A DNA stretch of 64,000 nt from Gammaproteobacteria bacterium (GTDB lineage Bacteria; Pseudomonadota; Gammaproteobacteria; G965209235): positions 490,403 to 554,402 of the forward strand of contig OZ242382.1 of the NCBI GenBank assembly GCA_965209235.1, in the 5' to 3' direction. Made by a program: the position numbers and the translations under genes. Below, piece after piece: positions 37,996-48,604 of this stretch. Below the pieces are notes generated by a model that saw only the letters and a list, made by a program, of their open reading frames with translations, ran no database searches and was not told where the DNA came from. Numbering within the stretch: the stretch's first letter is position 1; every line of letters starts with the position of its first letter.

Positions 37996-40011
37996 ATGTT
38001 TTCTGACCTCGCCGGATCAACAACCGGGATCATTTCCATCGTTCTTGGTCTGATTGGTATCGGACTCGCAATTGCGCTGCACTTCTCACTCAAACGCCTA
38101 CCGGGTGGCGAGGGCGAAGTTGCCAAAGTTGCGCGCCTCATTGAAAAAGGTGCCATGGCGTTTATGGCAAGCGAGTTTAAGCTTTTGGGCGCCTTTCTCG
38201 TTGTCTTGCTCATCGCAATTTTCTTTGGACCAGGCATCGAAACAGGCGTGTCATTCTTGGTTGGAGCTGCAGCGTCTGCAACGGCGGGATTCATCGGCAT
38301 GCGCGCGGCGACAACTGCAAACGTCCGCACAGCGGTAGCAGCACGTGACCAAGGGGCCGCTGCTGCGTTGGCCACGGCCGTCTCGGGCGGTAGCGTCATG
38401 GGGCTGTGCGTTGCGTCGTTAGGACTCTTCGGACTTGGTTTCTTGTTTTATCTCTACGGCGCGGACCCTGAAACGGTACATGCCATCCACGGCTTCGGCA
38501 TGGGTGCATCGGTTGTTGCCCTCTTCTCACGTGTTGGTGGTGGCATCTTCACGAAGAGTGCTGACGTTGGTGCTGACTTGGTTGGAAAAATCGAGCAAGG
38601 CATTCCCGAAGATGACCCGCGCAACCCAGGTGTGATCGCTGACAACGTCGGTGACAACGTTGGTGATGTGGCCGGCATGGGATCGGACATCTTCGAATCG
38701 TACTGCGGCGCCATGATCGCTTCCATCGCGATTGCTGCCACTCTTGCCGTCTCGGACGAGATTCGCATCAAACTGCAATCACTGCCACTCTTGATGGCCG
38801 CCATTGGCTTGGTGAGCTCGATCATTGCCATCGGCGTGGTGCGATTCCGCGCAAGCGCTGCGCCCGAAGCTGCACTGCGCACCGGCATGATGGTGGCTCC
38901 GGCCCTCTTCCTGGCTGGTGCCTGGGGCTTGCTCGTCGCGCTCGATCTCGATACCGCGTTGTTAATCCCCATCATTGCAGGTGCTGTTGGCGGCGCCGTT
39001 GTTGGCCTGATCACTGAGTACTACACCAGTGCTGCGCCTGTGCGCCGCGTCGCGAAGTCCTCCGAAACCGGAGCAGCGACAGTCATGATTACCGGACTGG
39101 CAGTTGGTATGCAGTCCGTGGTGCTGCCGGTCTTGGTTCTGGCGGGCATCATCATCGTCTCGTATCAAGCCACCGATTACGGCATCTACGGCGTCGGCAT
39201 TGCCGCCGCGGGCATGTTGGCAACTGTGGGCGTCACCATGGCCGTGGATGCCTACGGTCCTGTCGCTGACAACGCAGGCGGTATTGCCGAAATGAGCGGT
39301 ATGGATCCCAAAGTGCGGGAAATTACCGATCGACTGGACAGCTTGGGTAACACCACCGCAGCCATCGGGAAAGGCTTTGCCATTGGTGCAGCAGCACTGG
39401 CGGCACTGGCCATCATTGCAGCATTTGTCGAGACAGTCACCGTCCACAATCCAGAGTTTGAGCTTCTGCTTTCAGACCCCGCTGTGTTGTCGGGCATGTT
39501 CATTGGTGGCACACTGCCGTTCCTCATCGCTGCCATGACCATGACAGCCGTTGGTGACGCCGCTGCCGAAATGATTGAAGAAATTCGCCGTCAGTTCCGC
39601 GAAATCAAAGGGCTGATGGAAGGCAAGGCCGAACCGGATGCCGAACGTTGCGTCACGATCGCCACATACGCTGCCCTGAAGAAAATGATTCCACCCGGGA
39701 TCATTGCTGTGACAGTACCGCCACTGGTGGGTTTCGTCTTGGGACCTGAAGCTTTGGGTGGCGTTTTGGGCGGAGCCCTGATCTGTTGCGTCATGATGGC
39801 ACTCATGATGGCGAATGCAGGTGGCGCTTGGGATAACGCGAAGAAGTTCATCGAGAAAGGCAACTTCGGCGGAAAAGGATCTGACAACCACACAGCTGCT
39901 GTTGTGGGTGACACCGTTGGCGACCCGTTCAAAGACACCTCGGGACCCGCGATGAACATTCTGATCAACGTGATGGCCATTGTCAGCTTGGTGATTGCGC
40001 CGCTGCTGTAA
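37996..40011 (+). CDS. hppA: Membrane-bound proton/sodium-translocating pyrophosphatase
   Basis: It has the [11 protein letters not shown] and DNVGDNVGD signatures and ~16 TM helices. The ORF-track start at 37939 extends upstream, and the Met at 37996 aligns better with known N-termini. Confidence 0.9.
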   Translation: MFSDLAGSTTGIISIVLGLIGIGLAIALHFSLKRLPGGEGEVAKVARLIEKGAMAFMASEFKLLGAFLVVLLIAIFFGPGIETGVSFLVGAAASATAGFIGMRAATTANVRTAVAARDQGAAAALATAVSGGSVMGLCVASLGLFGLGFLFYLYGADPETVHAIHGFGMGASVVALFSRVGGGIFTKSADVGADLVGKIEQGIPEDDPRNPGVIADNVGDNVGDVAGMGSDIFESYCGAMIASIAIAATLAVSDEIRIKLQSLPLLMAAIGLVSSIIAIGVVRFRASAAPEAALRTGMMVAPALFLAGAWGLLVALDLDTALLIPIIAGAVGGAVVGLITEYYTSAAPVRRVAKSSETGAATVMITGLAVGMQSVVLPVLVLAGIIIVSYQATDYGIYGVGIAAAGMLATVGVTMAVDAYGPVADNAGGIAEMSGMDPKVREITDRLDSLGNTTAAIGKGFAIGAAALAALAIIAAFVETVTVHNPEFELLLSDPAVLSGMFIGGTLPFLIAAMTMTAVGDAAAEMIEEIRRQFREIKGLMEGKAEPDAERCVTIATYAALKKMIPPGIIAVTVPPLVGFVLGPEALGGVLGGALICCVMMALMMANAGGAWDNAKKFIEKGNFGGKGSDNHTAAVVGDTVGDPFKDTSGPAMNILINVMAIVSLVIAPLL

Positions 40012-40406
40012 TCACGGCGCCCTCGCCTGAGGGCCTCATCGTCGCACCAGCCTCACGCATGTGGGGCTGGTGCGTAGACCACTGCGTCTCGCAGTGACCC
40101 CACCGTTCTGGTCTGGCTCTACCCTTTTCGCTTACCCGCGTGTCTCACAGCCCGTATCTTCGTCGATCGATCACTGGCGCGAGGTCACAATGGCACCACG
40201 AATGGGGCGCGCCTCACGCGCGCATGCCCTACTTGGCAACACACGGCTATTACCTGCCGGCTGATGCTCGATTCAGGCACCCCTGCGTATCCGCTGTGAA
40301 ACACAACAGGCGAGCATTAGACGCCGGTTGATAGGTTGCGATCTTGCGTTGATCAAGTCTCGCACAAGACCGGATGAGTGCCTACGCTAGGAAGCCGCTC
40401 CGCGCT

Positions 40407-41882
40407 CTAGACTTCTTTGCTGTGGCGTAGAGCGCGTTGTTCCCGAATGTCTGCTGCCCAAGCGTAGGCGATACCAAACAGTGGGCTGAGTAGATTCAGG
40501 AAGGCGAACGGCAGATAGGCCAGCGTCGGCACACCTAAGGTTGCCGCCATGTACGCACCGCAGTTGTTCCAAGGGATCAAAGGCGATGTCATGGTGGCTG
40601 AGTCTTCCACGGCGCGAGACAGAATCTGCGGCTCGATGCCACGCGCAGCGTACTCGTCTTTCATCAAACGCGAAGTCATGATGACCCCAATGTACTGTTC
40701 AGCTGTCACGCAATTCGAAACCAATCCGGTACCGATGGTCGCAGTCACAAGGTGGCGTCGTCGTGAGATTCGCTCGATTGTCGCTTGAATCATCGGTTGG
40801 AGAATGCGCGCTTTTTCGACAATACTCCCCATCGTTACTGCGGCCAAAATCAGAAAGACCGTGCTGAGCATGCTGAGGGTTCCGCCGCGCGAGAGCAGTT
40901 CATCAACGCGCTCGTTACCCGTGGAAATCGTGAAACCGGCATACACCGACAAAAACGCACCTCGTAGTTGATCGGAAATCCCTTCACCACCGCCGAGACT
41001 GGACATCAGCGCCGGATTGAAAAAAAGTCCCAAGACCAATGCCAGCGCCGTCCCGGCGAGAATCGCCAGCGGAGCCGGAACCTTCCAGACTGCTAATCCC
41101 ACGATGAGCAAGATGGGCAGCAACAAGGCGATATGCGGATTCACGTACTCTTCGAGCGTTGCAATCATGCGCTCGACACCTTCGATGTTCGCATCCGCTG
41201 CCTGTGACCCAAGCACGCTGAACAGGATGATCGCGATGACAAACGCCGGAATCGTTGTGCGCGCCATGGAGCGAATATGCGAGTACAAATCCGCGCGGCA
41301 CATGGCAGCAGCAAGGTTCGTGGTATCTGAAAGCGGCGACAGCTTGTCGCCGAAGTAGGCTCCTGAAATCACGGCGCCGGCGGTAATTGGCAATGAGAGA
41401 TCGAGGCCAAGGGCGATCCCCATCAACGCAACTCCCACTGTCCCGGCCGTGGTCCAAGAGCTACCAATCGCCATGGATGTCAATGCGGAAAGAACGGCAG
41501 CCACGGGGAAAAACCAAGAGGGATCGACGATCTTCAGTCCGAAGTAAATAAGAGTAGGAACCGATCCTGACGCCATTCCGGCGCCAATAAAAGCCCCCAC
41601 AGACATCAAGATCAGAATGGGCATGATGACCTGACCGGCCCCATCTTTGAGAGCTTCTTCGGCAGCCTCCCAATTGAGGCCGCGACGCTTGGCAGCGAAG
41701 CCAGCAGCCACTGCGGTTAACAGCAGCACCGTTTGGATTGGACCGCCAGTGGCGTCATCACCAAACAGTACAACCGTACCGATCAGCGCGAGGGACAATC
41801 CCACGAGGAAGGCGATTCCCTCTATAATCGGGGGAGCCACAATTGATGATCCCAGTTTCTGGGCTTTGTCTGTGTCTTGCAA
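40407..41882 (-). CDS. nhaC: Na+/H+ antiporter NhaC family
   Basis: A 491-aa polytopic membrane protein with the NhaC-family pattern. Confidence 0.8.
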   Translation of the reverse strand: MQDTDKAQKLGSSIVAPPIIEGIAFLVGLSLALIGTVVLFGDDATGGPIQTVLLLTAVAAGFAAKRRGLNWEAAEEALKDGAGQVIMPILILMSVGAFIGAGMASGSVPTLIYFGLKIVDPSWFFPVAAVLSALTSMAIGSSWTTAGTVGVALMGIALGLDLSLPITAGAVISGAYFGDKLSPLSDTTNLAAAMCRADLYSHIRSMARTTIPAFVIAIILFSVLGSQAADANIEGVERMIATLEEYVNPHIALLLPILLIVGLAVWKVPAPLAILAGTALALVLGLFFNPALMSSLGGGEGISDQLRGAFLSVYAGFTISTGNERVDELLSRGGTLSMLSTVFLILAAVTMGSIVEKARILQPMIQATIERISRRRHLVTATIGTGLVSNCVTAEQYIGVIMTSRLMKDEYAARGIEPQILSRAVEDSATMTSPLIPWNNCGAYMAATLGVPTLAYLPFAFLNLLSPLFGIAYAWAADIREQRALRHSKEV

Positions 41883-41952
41883 GGGTGGCTAGTTGCACGC
41901 GGACGACATTGTAAATGTGCCCGCTTATGCTACGTAAGAGACCCGAGGCCCG

Positions 41953-42867
41953 GTGAAGTTCCCGCGCCACCTCGTCACCATTGACGATCTGAGCCGTCAA
42001 GACATCATGACCCTTATTACCCGTGCGGAATCGCTTTGGACGGGTGCAGAAATCCACCCCGACTTACGTGGAAGAGCGGTTCTCCAGTACTACGCAGAAC
42101 CTAGCACACGAACCGCCGGCAGTTTCTTTGTTGCATGCGCTCATCTGGGCGTGCAAAGTCAACTTTTTCAAGATGTGACGATGTCGACCGTCAAAGGGGA
42201 ACCCGTTGACGCGACACTCATCACATTTGCGTCCATGGGACCCGACGTCGTCATCGTGCGCCACCCCGACGACAAGGCAGCGCATCGGATGGTGGGCATG
42301 GTGGAAGATCGGACCGCCGTGGTGAGCGCGGGATGTGGCCAGAGTCACCACCCGACTCAAGCGCTCGGCGACTTATTCCTTTTGTTTCATGAGTTTCACC
42401 GAATCGAAGGCTTGGAAGTGGCGATCTTGGGTGACATTGAGCACTCACGTGTTGCGCGGTCGCTCACATCAGGGCTCCTGACATGCGGGGCGCATGTCCG
42501 CATCGCACCTCATAACAGGCGTACACCTAACGACTGGCCCTACAAGACGCCGACATTTGATTCCGTGCACGAAGCGGTACGTGGAGCGCACGCCGTCGTC
42601 ACGCTGCGGGTGCAGAAAGAACGCATCGTGGGCGATGCCGAGGCGATTTCCCGAGAGGTTAGCCGGCGCCTAAGACTCCAGCCCGAGCACCTTGAACTGA
42701 TGCACCCCGAAGGAATCATCATGCACCCTGGACCTATGAATATCGGCGTGGAAATCTCGCGAGAAGTGATTGGTCCGCGTTTTCGGATGTTCCGTCAGGT
42801 GGCTCACGGCCAGTGGATGAGGACGGCTGTTTTGGAAACTGTCTTACTCGCTCACAACGCGAAATAA
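41953..42867 (+). CDS. pyrB: Aspartate carbamoyltransferase catalytic chain-like protein
   Basis: It is collinear with E. coli PyrB (STRT, HPTQALGDL, RVQKER). The STRTR motif reads STRTA here, and there is no adjacent pyrI or pyrC'. Confidence 0.7.
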   Translation: MKFPRHLVTIDDLSRQDIMTLITRAESLWTGAEIHPDLRGRAVLQYYAEPSTRTAGSFFVACAHLGVQSQLFQDVTMSTVKGEPVDATLITFASMGPDVVIVRHPDDKAAHRMVGMVEDRTAVVSAGCGQSHHPTQALGDLFLLFHEFHRIEGLEVAILGDIEHSRVARSLTSGLLTCGAHVRIAPHNRRTPNDWPYKTPTFDSVHEAVRGAHAVVTLRVQKERIVGDAEAISREVSRRLRLQPEHLELMHPEGIIMHPGPMNIGVEISREVIGPRFRMFRQVAHGQWMRTAVLETVLLAHNAK

Positions 42868-42876
42868 CCGATAAAC

Positions 42877-43509
42877 CTAGCGACGTGACGAGGGGTTGAG
42901 CCTCTGCATGACGGTCTCTACGCGCTTCACCACCGCCACCGTCATCGGGTCAAATTCGAGATTCACGCGCGCGCCCACCTGCCACTCTTCAGCATTGGTC
43001 GCAGCTCGCGTTTCGGGAATTAAGTGAAGCCCGAAGACCGAGCCACCGGCATCGGTCTCTGCCGCATCGTCCAGTGTCAAACTCACGCCGTCCACGGCGA
43101 CAAAGCCTTTCGGAATCGCATATTTCCCCCACGGAGCGGGCGCCTGAACTTCAATGTCTCCATCATGTCGCATCACGATCTCGCCTTGGCACTGAACGTG
43201 ACCCGCCACGATATGCCCGCCCAGCTCGTCACCTGCGCACATGGCTCGTTCGAGGTTCACTCTGATCCCAACAGCCCATGTTGCGGCAGTTGTCACGCTC
43301 AGGGTATGTTTAATCACATCAAATGACGCTTCATTGCCGTCATGCGAAGACTCAACCACCGTGAGACACACACCGTTCACGCACACGCTCGCGCCATGCG
43401 TGATATCGCTGAAGTAACCGTCAGAAGCGCTGATGCGGAGCCTCACTCCCGACGACGTCTCCGTGACCGATGCCACCTGACCCGCGGATGAGACGATGCC
43501 GGTGAACAT
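42877..43509 (-). CDS. ribE: Riboflavin synthase (alpha chain)
   Basis: It starts MFTGIV and shows the two-lumazine-binding-repeat architecture; it is 210 aa. Confidence 0.85.
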   Translation of the reverse strand: MFTGIVSSAGQVASVTETSSGVRLRISASDGYFSDITHGASVCVNGVCLTVVESSHDGNEASFDVIKHTLSVTTAATWAVGIRVNLERAMCAGDELGGHIVAGHVQCQGEIVMRHDGDIEVQAPAPWGKYAIPKGFVAVDGVSLTLDDAAETDAGGSVFGLHLIPETRAATNAEEWQVGARVNLEFDPMTVAVVKRVETVMQRLNPSSRR

Positions 43510-43515
43510 GGGAAA

Positions 43516-43986
43516 CTAGCGAACGAGCGTCAAAAAGTTTGGCAGTCCCACGTCTTTGAGGACAGCGAGATGCGTCTCAAGCGCGTCAATGTGCTTTTCC
43601 TCGTCCGCGAGGATGTTGCGCATGAGATCCCGCGAGATGTAGTCACGAGCCTCCTCGCACACGGCCACGCCTTCGCGGAGTTCATCAATGCCATCCTTCT
43701 CAAGATGGAGATCACCTGCGAGCACGCCGGGCACATCTTTGCCGATGTGAAGCTGCTCAACCGCATCCATCGAAGGGGCACCGCCAAGGTGCAAAATGCG
43801 GTCCATCAAACTGTCCGCATGATGCATCTCAGTCATCGCGAAAGCACGGACTTCGGCGGCCAGCTTGGCGTATCCCCAATGCTCTAACATCCGCGAATGC
43901 AGCATGTATTGGTTGATCGCCGGTAGCTCGCCCCCAAGGGCCTTGTTGAGTACCGCAATGACGTCGGCGTTCGTTGCACTAGGCAT
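43516..43986 (-). CDS. bfr: Bacterioferritin
   Basis: 156 aa with ferritin-like diiron ligands (E..H pairs) and the heme-ligand Met in INQYMLHSRM. Confidence 0.85.
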   Translation of the reverse strand: MPSATNADVIAVLNKALGGELPAINQYMLHSRMLEHWGYAKLAAEVRAFAMTEMHHADSLMDRILHLGGAPSMDAVEQLHIGKDVPGVLAGDLHLEKDGIDELREGVAVCEEARDYISRDLMRNILADEEKHIDALETHLAVLKDVGLPNFLTLVR

Positions 43987-44030
43987 AAATCAAAACTGAA
44001 GCTGAAAGACGGTGCGATTGTATGCCAAAA

Positions 44031-45176
44031 CTAGGATGTCCCTGCAAAGAATTCGCGCACGTCGGCGGCCAGCAGTTCCGGCTCCTCTGCTGCCGCAAAA
44101 TGGCCCCCCTTTTCAAAGTTTGTCCAGCGCTGAACATTGAGATGGACCTCGGCCCAGGCGCGCGGCGGGACAACGATGTCTTTCGGGAATATCGCGCAGG
44201 CCACTGGGACCTCTTGACACGTCAAAGGGGCGGGATTGTGCTCTTGCTCCCAGTACAGACGTGATGCTGATGTGACGTTACCCGTCAACCAGTACAGACT
44301 GATGGATGTCAGCAGCCAATCACGATCAAACGTCGTCTCCACCTCACCATCGCAATCAGACCAGTCGCGGAATTTTTCAATCATCCAGGCGGCCAGACCC
44401 ACGGGCGAGTCCATCAACCCATACCCGAGCGTTTGCGGCTTTGTGGACTGTTGTCTGAAGTACCCATTGCCTTCGGTCTGCCAAATCACGCTGTGCTGTA
44501 AGTTGACTAGCTCCTGCGGCGTGAGCGCGCTCATATCCGCATCTTGAGGCGGAGGCACAGGCACCATGTTGACGTGAACTCCCATCACTCGCTTGGGAAA
44601 TAACCGGCCAATGGCGAGGCTAATCGGCGATCCCCAGTCCCCGCCCTGAGCACCGTATCGGTCATAGCCCAACCCGTCCATCAGCGTATCGATGGACTTT
44701 GCGATCCGTTCTAGCCCCCAGCCACGGACGGTGGGCGTGGATGAAAACCCATATCCCGGCAAGGATGGAGCGACCACATGAAAGGCATCGTCCGGCGAAC
44801 CGCCAAACTTCTCTGGCTGCGTCAACATCGGAATCAGTCGGTGAAACTCCATGAACGAGCCCGGCCAGCCATGCACCAAAACCAGCGGCTTTGCGCTTTC
44901 ATGGGTGGATCGCGCATGCACAAAGTGCATGCGTACGTCATCGATCAGGGTCTCAAACTGAGGCAAGCGCGCCATCACCCGCTCTTGTTCATTCCAGGAA
45001 AACCCATCGACCCAATACGCACACAAGTCGCGTAGATACGACAGCTCTGTTCCTTGCGACCAGTCGTGATTTTCGACTTGATCGGGCCATCGGGCGTTTT
45101 CGACGCGCAGCAACATATCACGAACCCGGCTCTGGGGAATATCAATGCTGTAACGACGGATTTGTAGAGAAGTCAC
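44031..45176 (-). CDS. Epoxide hydrolase (microsomal EH-like alpha/beta hydrolase with EH N-terminal domain)
   Basis: It has VLVHGWPGSFMEF (the HGWP motif) and an alpha/beta-hydrolase core. Confidence 0.8.
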   Translation of the reverse strand: MTSLQIRRYSIDIPQSRVRDMLLRVENARWPDQVENHDWSQGTELSYLRDLCAYWVDGFSWNEQERVMARLPQFETLIDDVRMHFVHARSTHESAKPLVLVHGWPGSFMEFHRLIPMLTQPEKFGGSPDDAFHVVAPSLPGYGFSSTPTVRGWGLERIAKSIDTLMDGLGYDRYGAQGGDWGSPISLAIGRLFPKRVMGVHVNMVPVPPPQDADMSALTPQELVNLQHSVIWQTEGNGYFRQQSTKPQTLGYGLMDSPVGLAAWMIEKFRDWSDCDGEVETTFDRDWLLTSISLYWLTGNVTSASRLYWEQEHNPAPLTCQEVPVACAIFPKDIVVPPRAWAEVHLNVQRWTNFEKGGHFAAAEEPELLAADVREFFAGTS

Positions 45177-45179
45177 GTT

Positions 45180-45896
45180 TTGGGTATCTGGTACTATGTG
45201 CCTCTCAATTTTGCCACCAGCGCCATGACGTTTGACAGTCTTGTCTCCGCGCGCCGATCCATCCGAGCATTCACCGCTCAGTCGATCCCCCGCGATGTCA
45301 TAGAAAAGCTGCTAGGCACGGCTGCTCGCTCGCCGTCTGGCGGGAACGTGCAACCTTGGCACGTGTATGTCGTGACAGACGAAGCACGCAACAAACTTGT
45401 CGCAGACGTGATGGAGCAGTTGCCGAACAATCCGGCCGGTGAAGGCACGGAGTACAACATCTACCCACCCGGCGAGGTTGAGCCCTATATGGCCCGCCGC
45501 CGAAAAGTGGCCTACGACATGTACCAGCTACTGAACATCGAACGTGGCGATCGGATGGGGCGTGCGGTGGCGATGGCCAAGAACTTTGATTTTTTTGGCG
45601 CTCCCGTGGGCCTCTTTTTCACGGTGGATCGCATCATGGACAAAGATCAATGGGCCGATGTGGGAGGGTTCATCCAAACGTTCATGTTGGCGGCGGTCGA
45701 TGCCGGCCTGGCGACTTGTCCTCAAGAAGCCTGGGCTACTTGGCATAAAACCGTTGGCCGCCACATCGGTATTCCCCAGGAGCAAATGCTGTTTTGCGGC
45801 ATGGCACTGGGTTACGAAGACACGAGCGCCGCCGTCAATCAGCTCCATACCGAACGCGCCGCCGTGTCTGAGTTTGCTACCTTCCTGAACTCATAA
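45180..45896 (+). CDS. Nitroreductase family protein
   Basis: It has RRSIRAF...P and the NfsA/NfsB-like fold pattern. The start is probably the Met at ~45225. Confidence 0.8.
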   Translation: MGIWYYVPLNFATSAMTFDSLVSARRSIRAFTAQSIPRDVIEKLLGTAARSPSGGNVQPWHVYVVTDEARNKLVADVMEQLPNNPAGEGTEYNIYPPGEVEPYMARRRKVAYDMYQLLNIERGDRMGRAVAMAKNFDFFGAPVGLFFTVDRIMDKDQWADVGGFIQTFMLAAVDAGLATCPQEAWATWHKTVGRHIGIPQEQMLFCGMALGYEDTSAAVNQLHTERAAVSEFATFLNS

Positions 45897-45901
45897 CGAC
45901 T

Positions 45902-46735
45902 GTGGGCGCGTCTCCAGTACACACTCGACTATCGGTCAATCTCAACAAGGTCTGCTTGCTGCGTAACTCGCGCGACACGGGTTCTCCAGACGTCTTGGCA
46001 TTCGCCAAGCAGTCGATTGCTTGCGGCGCCACGGGGATTACCCTCCACCCGCGCCCCGATCGGCGCCACGCCACCCAAGAAGACTGCCTGCGCATCGCGA
46101 CATGGCTTCGCCGCGAGCACCCTCAGGTGCATTTCAACATTGAGGGCAACCCCCTTTGCAGCCCGAGGCGCGGTTACATGGGTCTCATTCCGCTGGTTGA
46201 ACAATGTCGCCCCAATCACGTGACGTTCGTGCCTGACGGCGATGGTCAACTGACGTCAGATCATGGATGGGATACGGGCAATCTCCCTCAGCGTCTCAAG
46301 AGCGGTATCGAACGGTGTCATGCTGCAGGCGCGCGCGCGTTCCTCTTTCTGGATCCCGAACCTGAACTTATGGACGGCGCCGCGTCTGTGGGTGCGGATG
46401 GCATCGAACTCCATACGGCCATGTGGGCCTCAGCCGTCCATGCGTGGAAACAGCATCATCCCGCGCACCTCCCGATGCCTGAGGATGTCTCTTCTCTCTT
46501 GTCTCGCTATGCCAAAACCGCCGCAGCGGCTACGGCTGCAGGTTTGGCAGTGAACGCTGGGCATGACCTTTCACCCGTCAATATTCCCATGTTCGACATT
46601 GGGCCTATCGAAGAAATGTCGATCGGCCATGAACTCACGGTCGATGGATTGTTTCGCGGATGGAAGGCCGCCATAGAATCACTGATTGATGCCTTCTCCC
46701 AGAGAGAAGCGCTTCCTGCATCCCACGGATCATGA
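45902..46735 (+). CDS. pdxJ: Pyridoxine 5'-phosphate synthase
   Basis: LSVNLNKVCLLRNSRD...GITLHPRPDRRH matches the PdxJ LGVNIDHIATLRNAR...GITVHLREDRRH. Confidence 0.85.
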   Translation: MGASPVHTRLSVNLNKVCLLRNSRDTGSPDVLAFAKQSIACGATGITLHPRPDRRHATQEDCLRIATWLRREHPQVHFNIEGNPLCSPRRGYMGLIPLVEQCRPNHVTFVPDGDGQLTSDHGWDTGNLPQRLKSGIERCHAAGARAFLFLDPEPELMDGAASVGADGIELHTAMWASAVHAWKQHHPAHLPMPEDVSSLLSRYAKTAAAATAAGLAVNAGHDLSPVNIPMFDIGPIEEMSIGHELTVDGLFRGWKAAIESLIDAFSQREALPASHGS

Positions 46736-47076
46736 CCACAAAAACGGATCAAGAGATCAAAGCTGATCTCCAAGAGCAGATCACAAGCCACCGCATTGTT
46801 CTTTTTATGAAAGGCGATCCGGATCGTCCTCAGTGCGGGTTTTCCCAGCGCGCCTCTCAAATTCTGGACGCCATAGGTGAGCCGTGGGCGTGGGTCGACA
46901 TCCTCAGCGAACCCGACACGCGCCGCATGCTCCCGCAGGTCTCAGATTGGCCGACGTTTCCTCAGCTGTTTGTGGACGGCGAGCTCATCGGCGGCAGCGA
47001 CATCATGCTTGAGATGTACCAAAACGGTGAGCTCAAGGGCGTGATCGCGAAGCAAGACGAGGACACCACCGCCTGA
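46732..47076 (+). CDS. grxD: Grx4-family monothiol glutaredoxin
   Basis: It has the CGFS active site and is 114 aa. Confidence 0.9.
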   Translation: MTTKTDQEIKADLQEQITSHRIVLFMKGDPDRPQCGFSQRASQILDAIGEPWAWVDILSEPDTRRMLPQVSDWPTFPQLFVDGELIGGSDIMLEMYQNGELKGVIAKQDEDTTA

Positions 47077-47083
47077 CGAACTC

Positions 47084-47118
47084 GCGCGCACTGTTCGATG
47101 ACCAGTGCGCGCTTTTTG
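47084..47118 (+). terminator. Rho-independent terminator (bidirectional position between convergent grxD and amidase)
   Basis: A perfect 10-bp GC-rich stem (GCGCGCACTG / CAGTGCGCGC) with a 9-nt loop is followed by TTTTTG. Confidence 0.6.
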
Positions 47119-48558
47119 CTATGCACCGCGCGCCATCACTTTCGGCTCACGCTGCGCCCAAGGCACACTGCCTTCCAACTGATTAGCCACCTGAAGAAGC
47201 ACGTCTTCGCGTCCCGCGGATGCCACCATCATGACACCAATCGGACGGCCGTCGTCTGACATCCCCAGCGGCACCGACATGGCGGGTTGCCCGCTCATGT
47301 TGAACAACGCGGTATGTGGGCTATACGCACCGACCGCGGAAAACGCCTCAATGGGTGATCGGTCGGCGGTGGGAATAATGGTGCCCAATTCCGCTGGCGG
47401 CTGTGCCAAGACAGGAGACACGTAAACGTCGTACGTCTCGTGATATTTCGCCATATCTTGCCCAGCCGACACAAGGCGCCGGCGGGCCCTTGCGTAGTCA
47501 TCCGCGCCATAACGCCCGCCGAATTCATAAATGAATTTCGTCAATGGTTCGACGAATTCCAGAGCATCCCTGCCAACAGCCGCTCCCCATTCCGGTAAGA
47601 GCGAACGAATTTCACTCGTGATGATGACGAGGAACGCGCTTGCGCACTCTTCGGCATCGATATCCGGTGTCTGTTCTTCAACAATGTGCCCCAAACCTTC
47701 CAGCGTTTTGGCTGCACCCTCAACGGCGCGACGCACTTGCGGATCGGGTTCAACACCTCGGGGACCGGTCACAGACACACCGACGCGCAACTGCCCGGGT
47801 GGACGCTGTGCGGCCTGGAAGAACGACCCTGAAAATGGCACAGCAGCGTACGGCGCACCGGCTTCGGGCCCCGAAAGGACATCCAAAAAGAGCGCTGAGT
47901 CACGCACAGATCGCGACACGACGTGTGAAATCGAACATCCCGACCATCCTTCCAGAATCGCTGGACCCATAGGCGTGCGACCCCGCGAGGGCTTCAGGCC
48001 AAACAACCCATTGCAGGCTGCGGGAATGCGAATGGATCCGCCCCCATCGCTGGCGTGTGCAACGGGCACCACACGCGCGGCGACCACCGCTCCGGCGCCA
48101 CCGCTAGATCCCCCTGCGCTGTGCGCGGGGCTATATGGGTTGCGCGTGGCACCCCCGAGTTCAGGTTCTGTGGTCACGGTGAGACCAAACTCTGGGGTCG
48201 ATGTTTTTCCGAAAATCACGGCACCCGAATCTAGCAAACGCTGGACATATGCGGAATTTCGGGTTGCTTTTGTGCCTTCAAACAAACGCGATCCACCGTT
48301 GGTTTCGGTCCCCTCGTATTCAACACCGAGGTTTTTCAGTAGAAACGGAACGCCTTTCAGTGGGCCGTTGGGCAGCCCTTGAGCAATGTGCCGGCGCGCT
48401 GGCTCTTCATCCAGAATTGGCACCGCATTGATGATGGGTTCCACTTCATTGAGGGCGCCAACGGCGAGATCTAAAAGCTCTTCAGGTGTCACTTCGCCGG
48501 ACTTCACGAGGCCGGCAAGGGCCGTGGCATCGAGCTGCGTGTATTCACTCGTTCTCAT
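47119..48558 (-). CDS. Amidase signature family enzyme
   Basis: It has the GGSSGG...GGSIRIPA amidase signature. Confidence 0.85.
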   Translation of the reverse strand: MRTSEYTQLDATALAGLVKSGEVTPEELLDLAVGALNEVEPIINAVPILDEEPARRHIAQGLPNGPLKGVPFLLKNLGVEYEGTETNGGSRLFEGTKATRNSAYVQRLLDSGAVIFGKTSTPEFGLTVTTEPELGGATRNPYSPAHSAGGSSGGAGAVVAARVVPVAHASDGGGSIRIPAACNGLFGLKPSRGRTPMGPAILEGWSGCSISHVVSRSVRDSALFLDVLSGPEAGAPYAAVPFSGSFFQAAQRPPGQLRVGVSVTGPRGVEPDPQVRRAVEGAAKTLEGLGHIVEEQTPDIDAEECASAFLVIITSEIRSLLPEWGAAVGRDALEFVEPLTKFIYEFGGRYGADDYARARRRLVSAGQDMAKYHETYDVYVSPVLAQPPAELGTIIPTADRSPIEAFSAVGAYSPHTALFNMSGQPAMSVPLGMSDDGRPIGVMMVASAGREDVLLQVANQLEGSVPWAQREPKVMARGA

Positions 48559-48604
48559 GATGAAAACTGGTTGATCGTGCGGGGCTAGTCTACCAATACC
48601 TCTT

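Noticed and set aside
40022-40075. Two GC-rich hairpins (GCCCTC..GAGGGC; CACCAGCC..GGCTGGTG) after hppA
   Set aside because: They are plausible terminators in a high-GC genome but lack T-tracts. They are not listed as features.
42877-43515. FMN riboswitch upstream of ribE
   Set aside because: Only 6 bp separate bfr and ribE, leaving no room for an RFN element.
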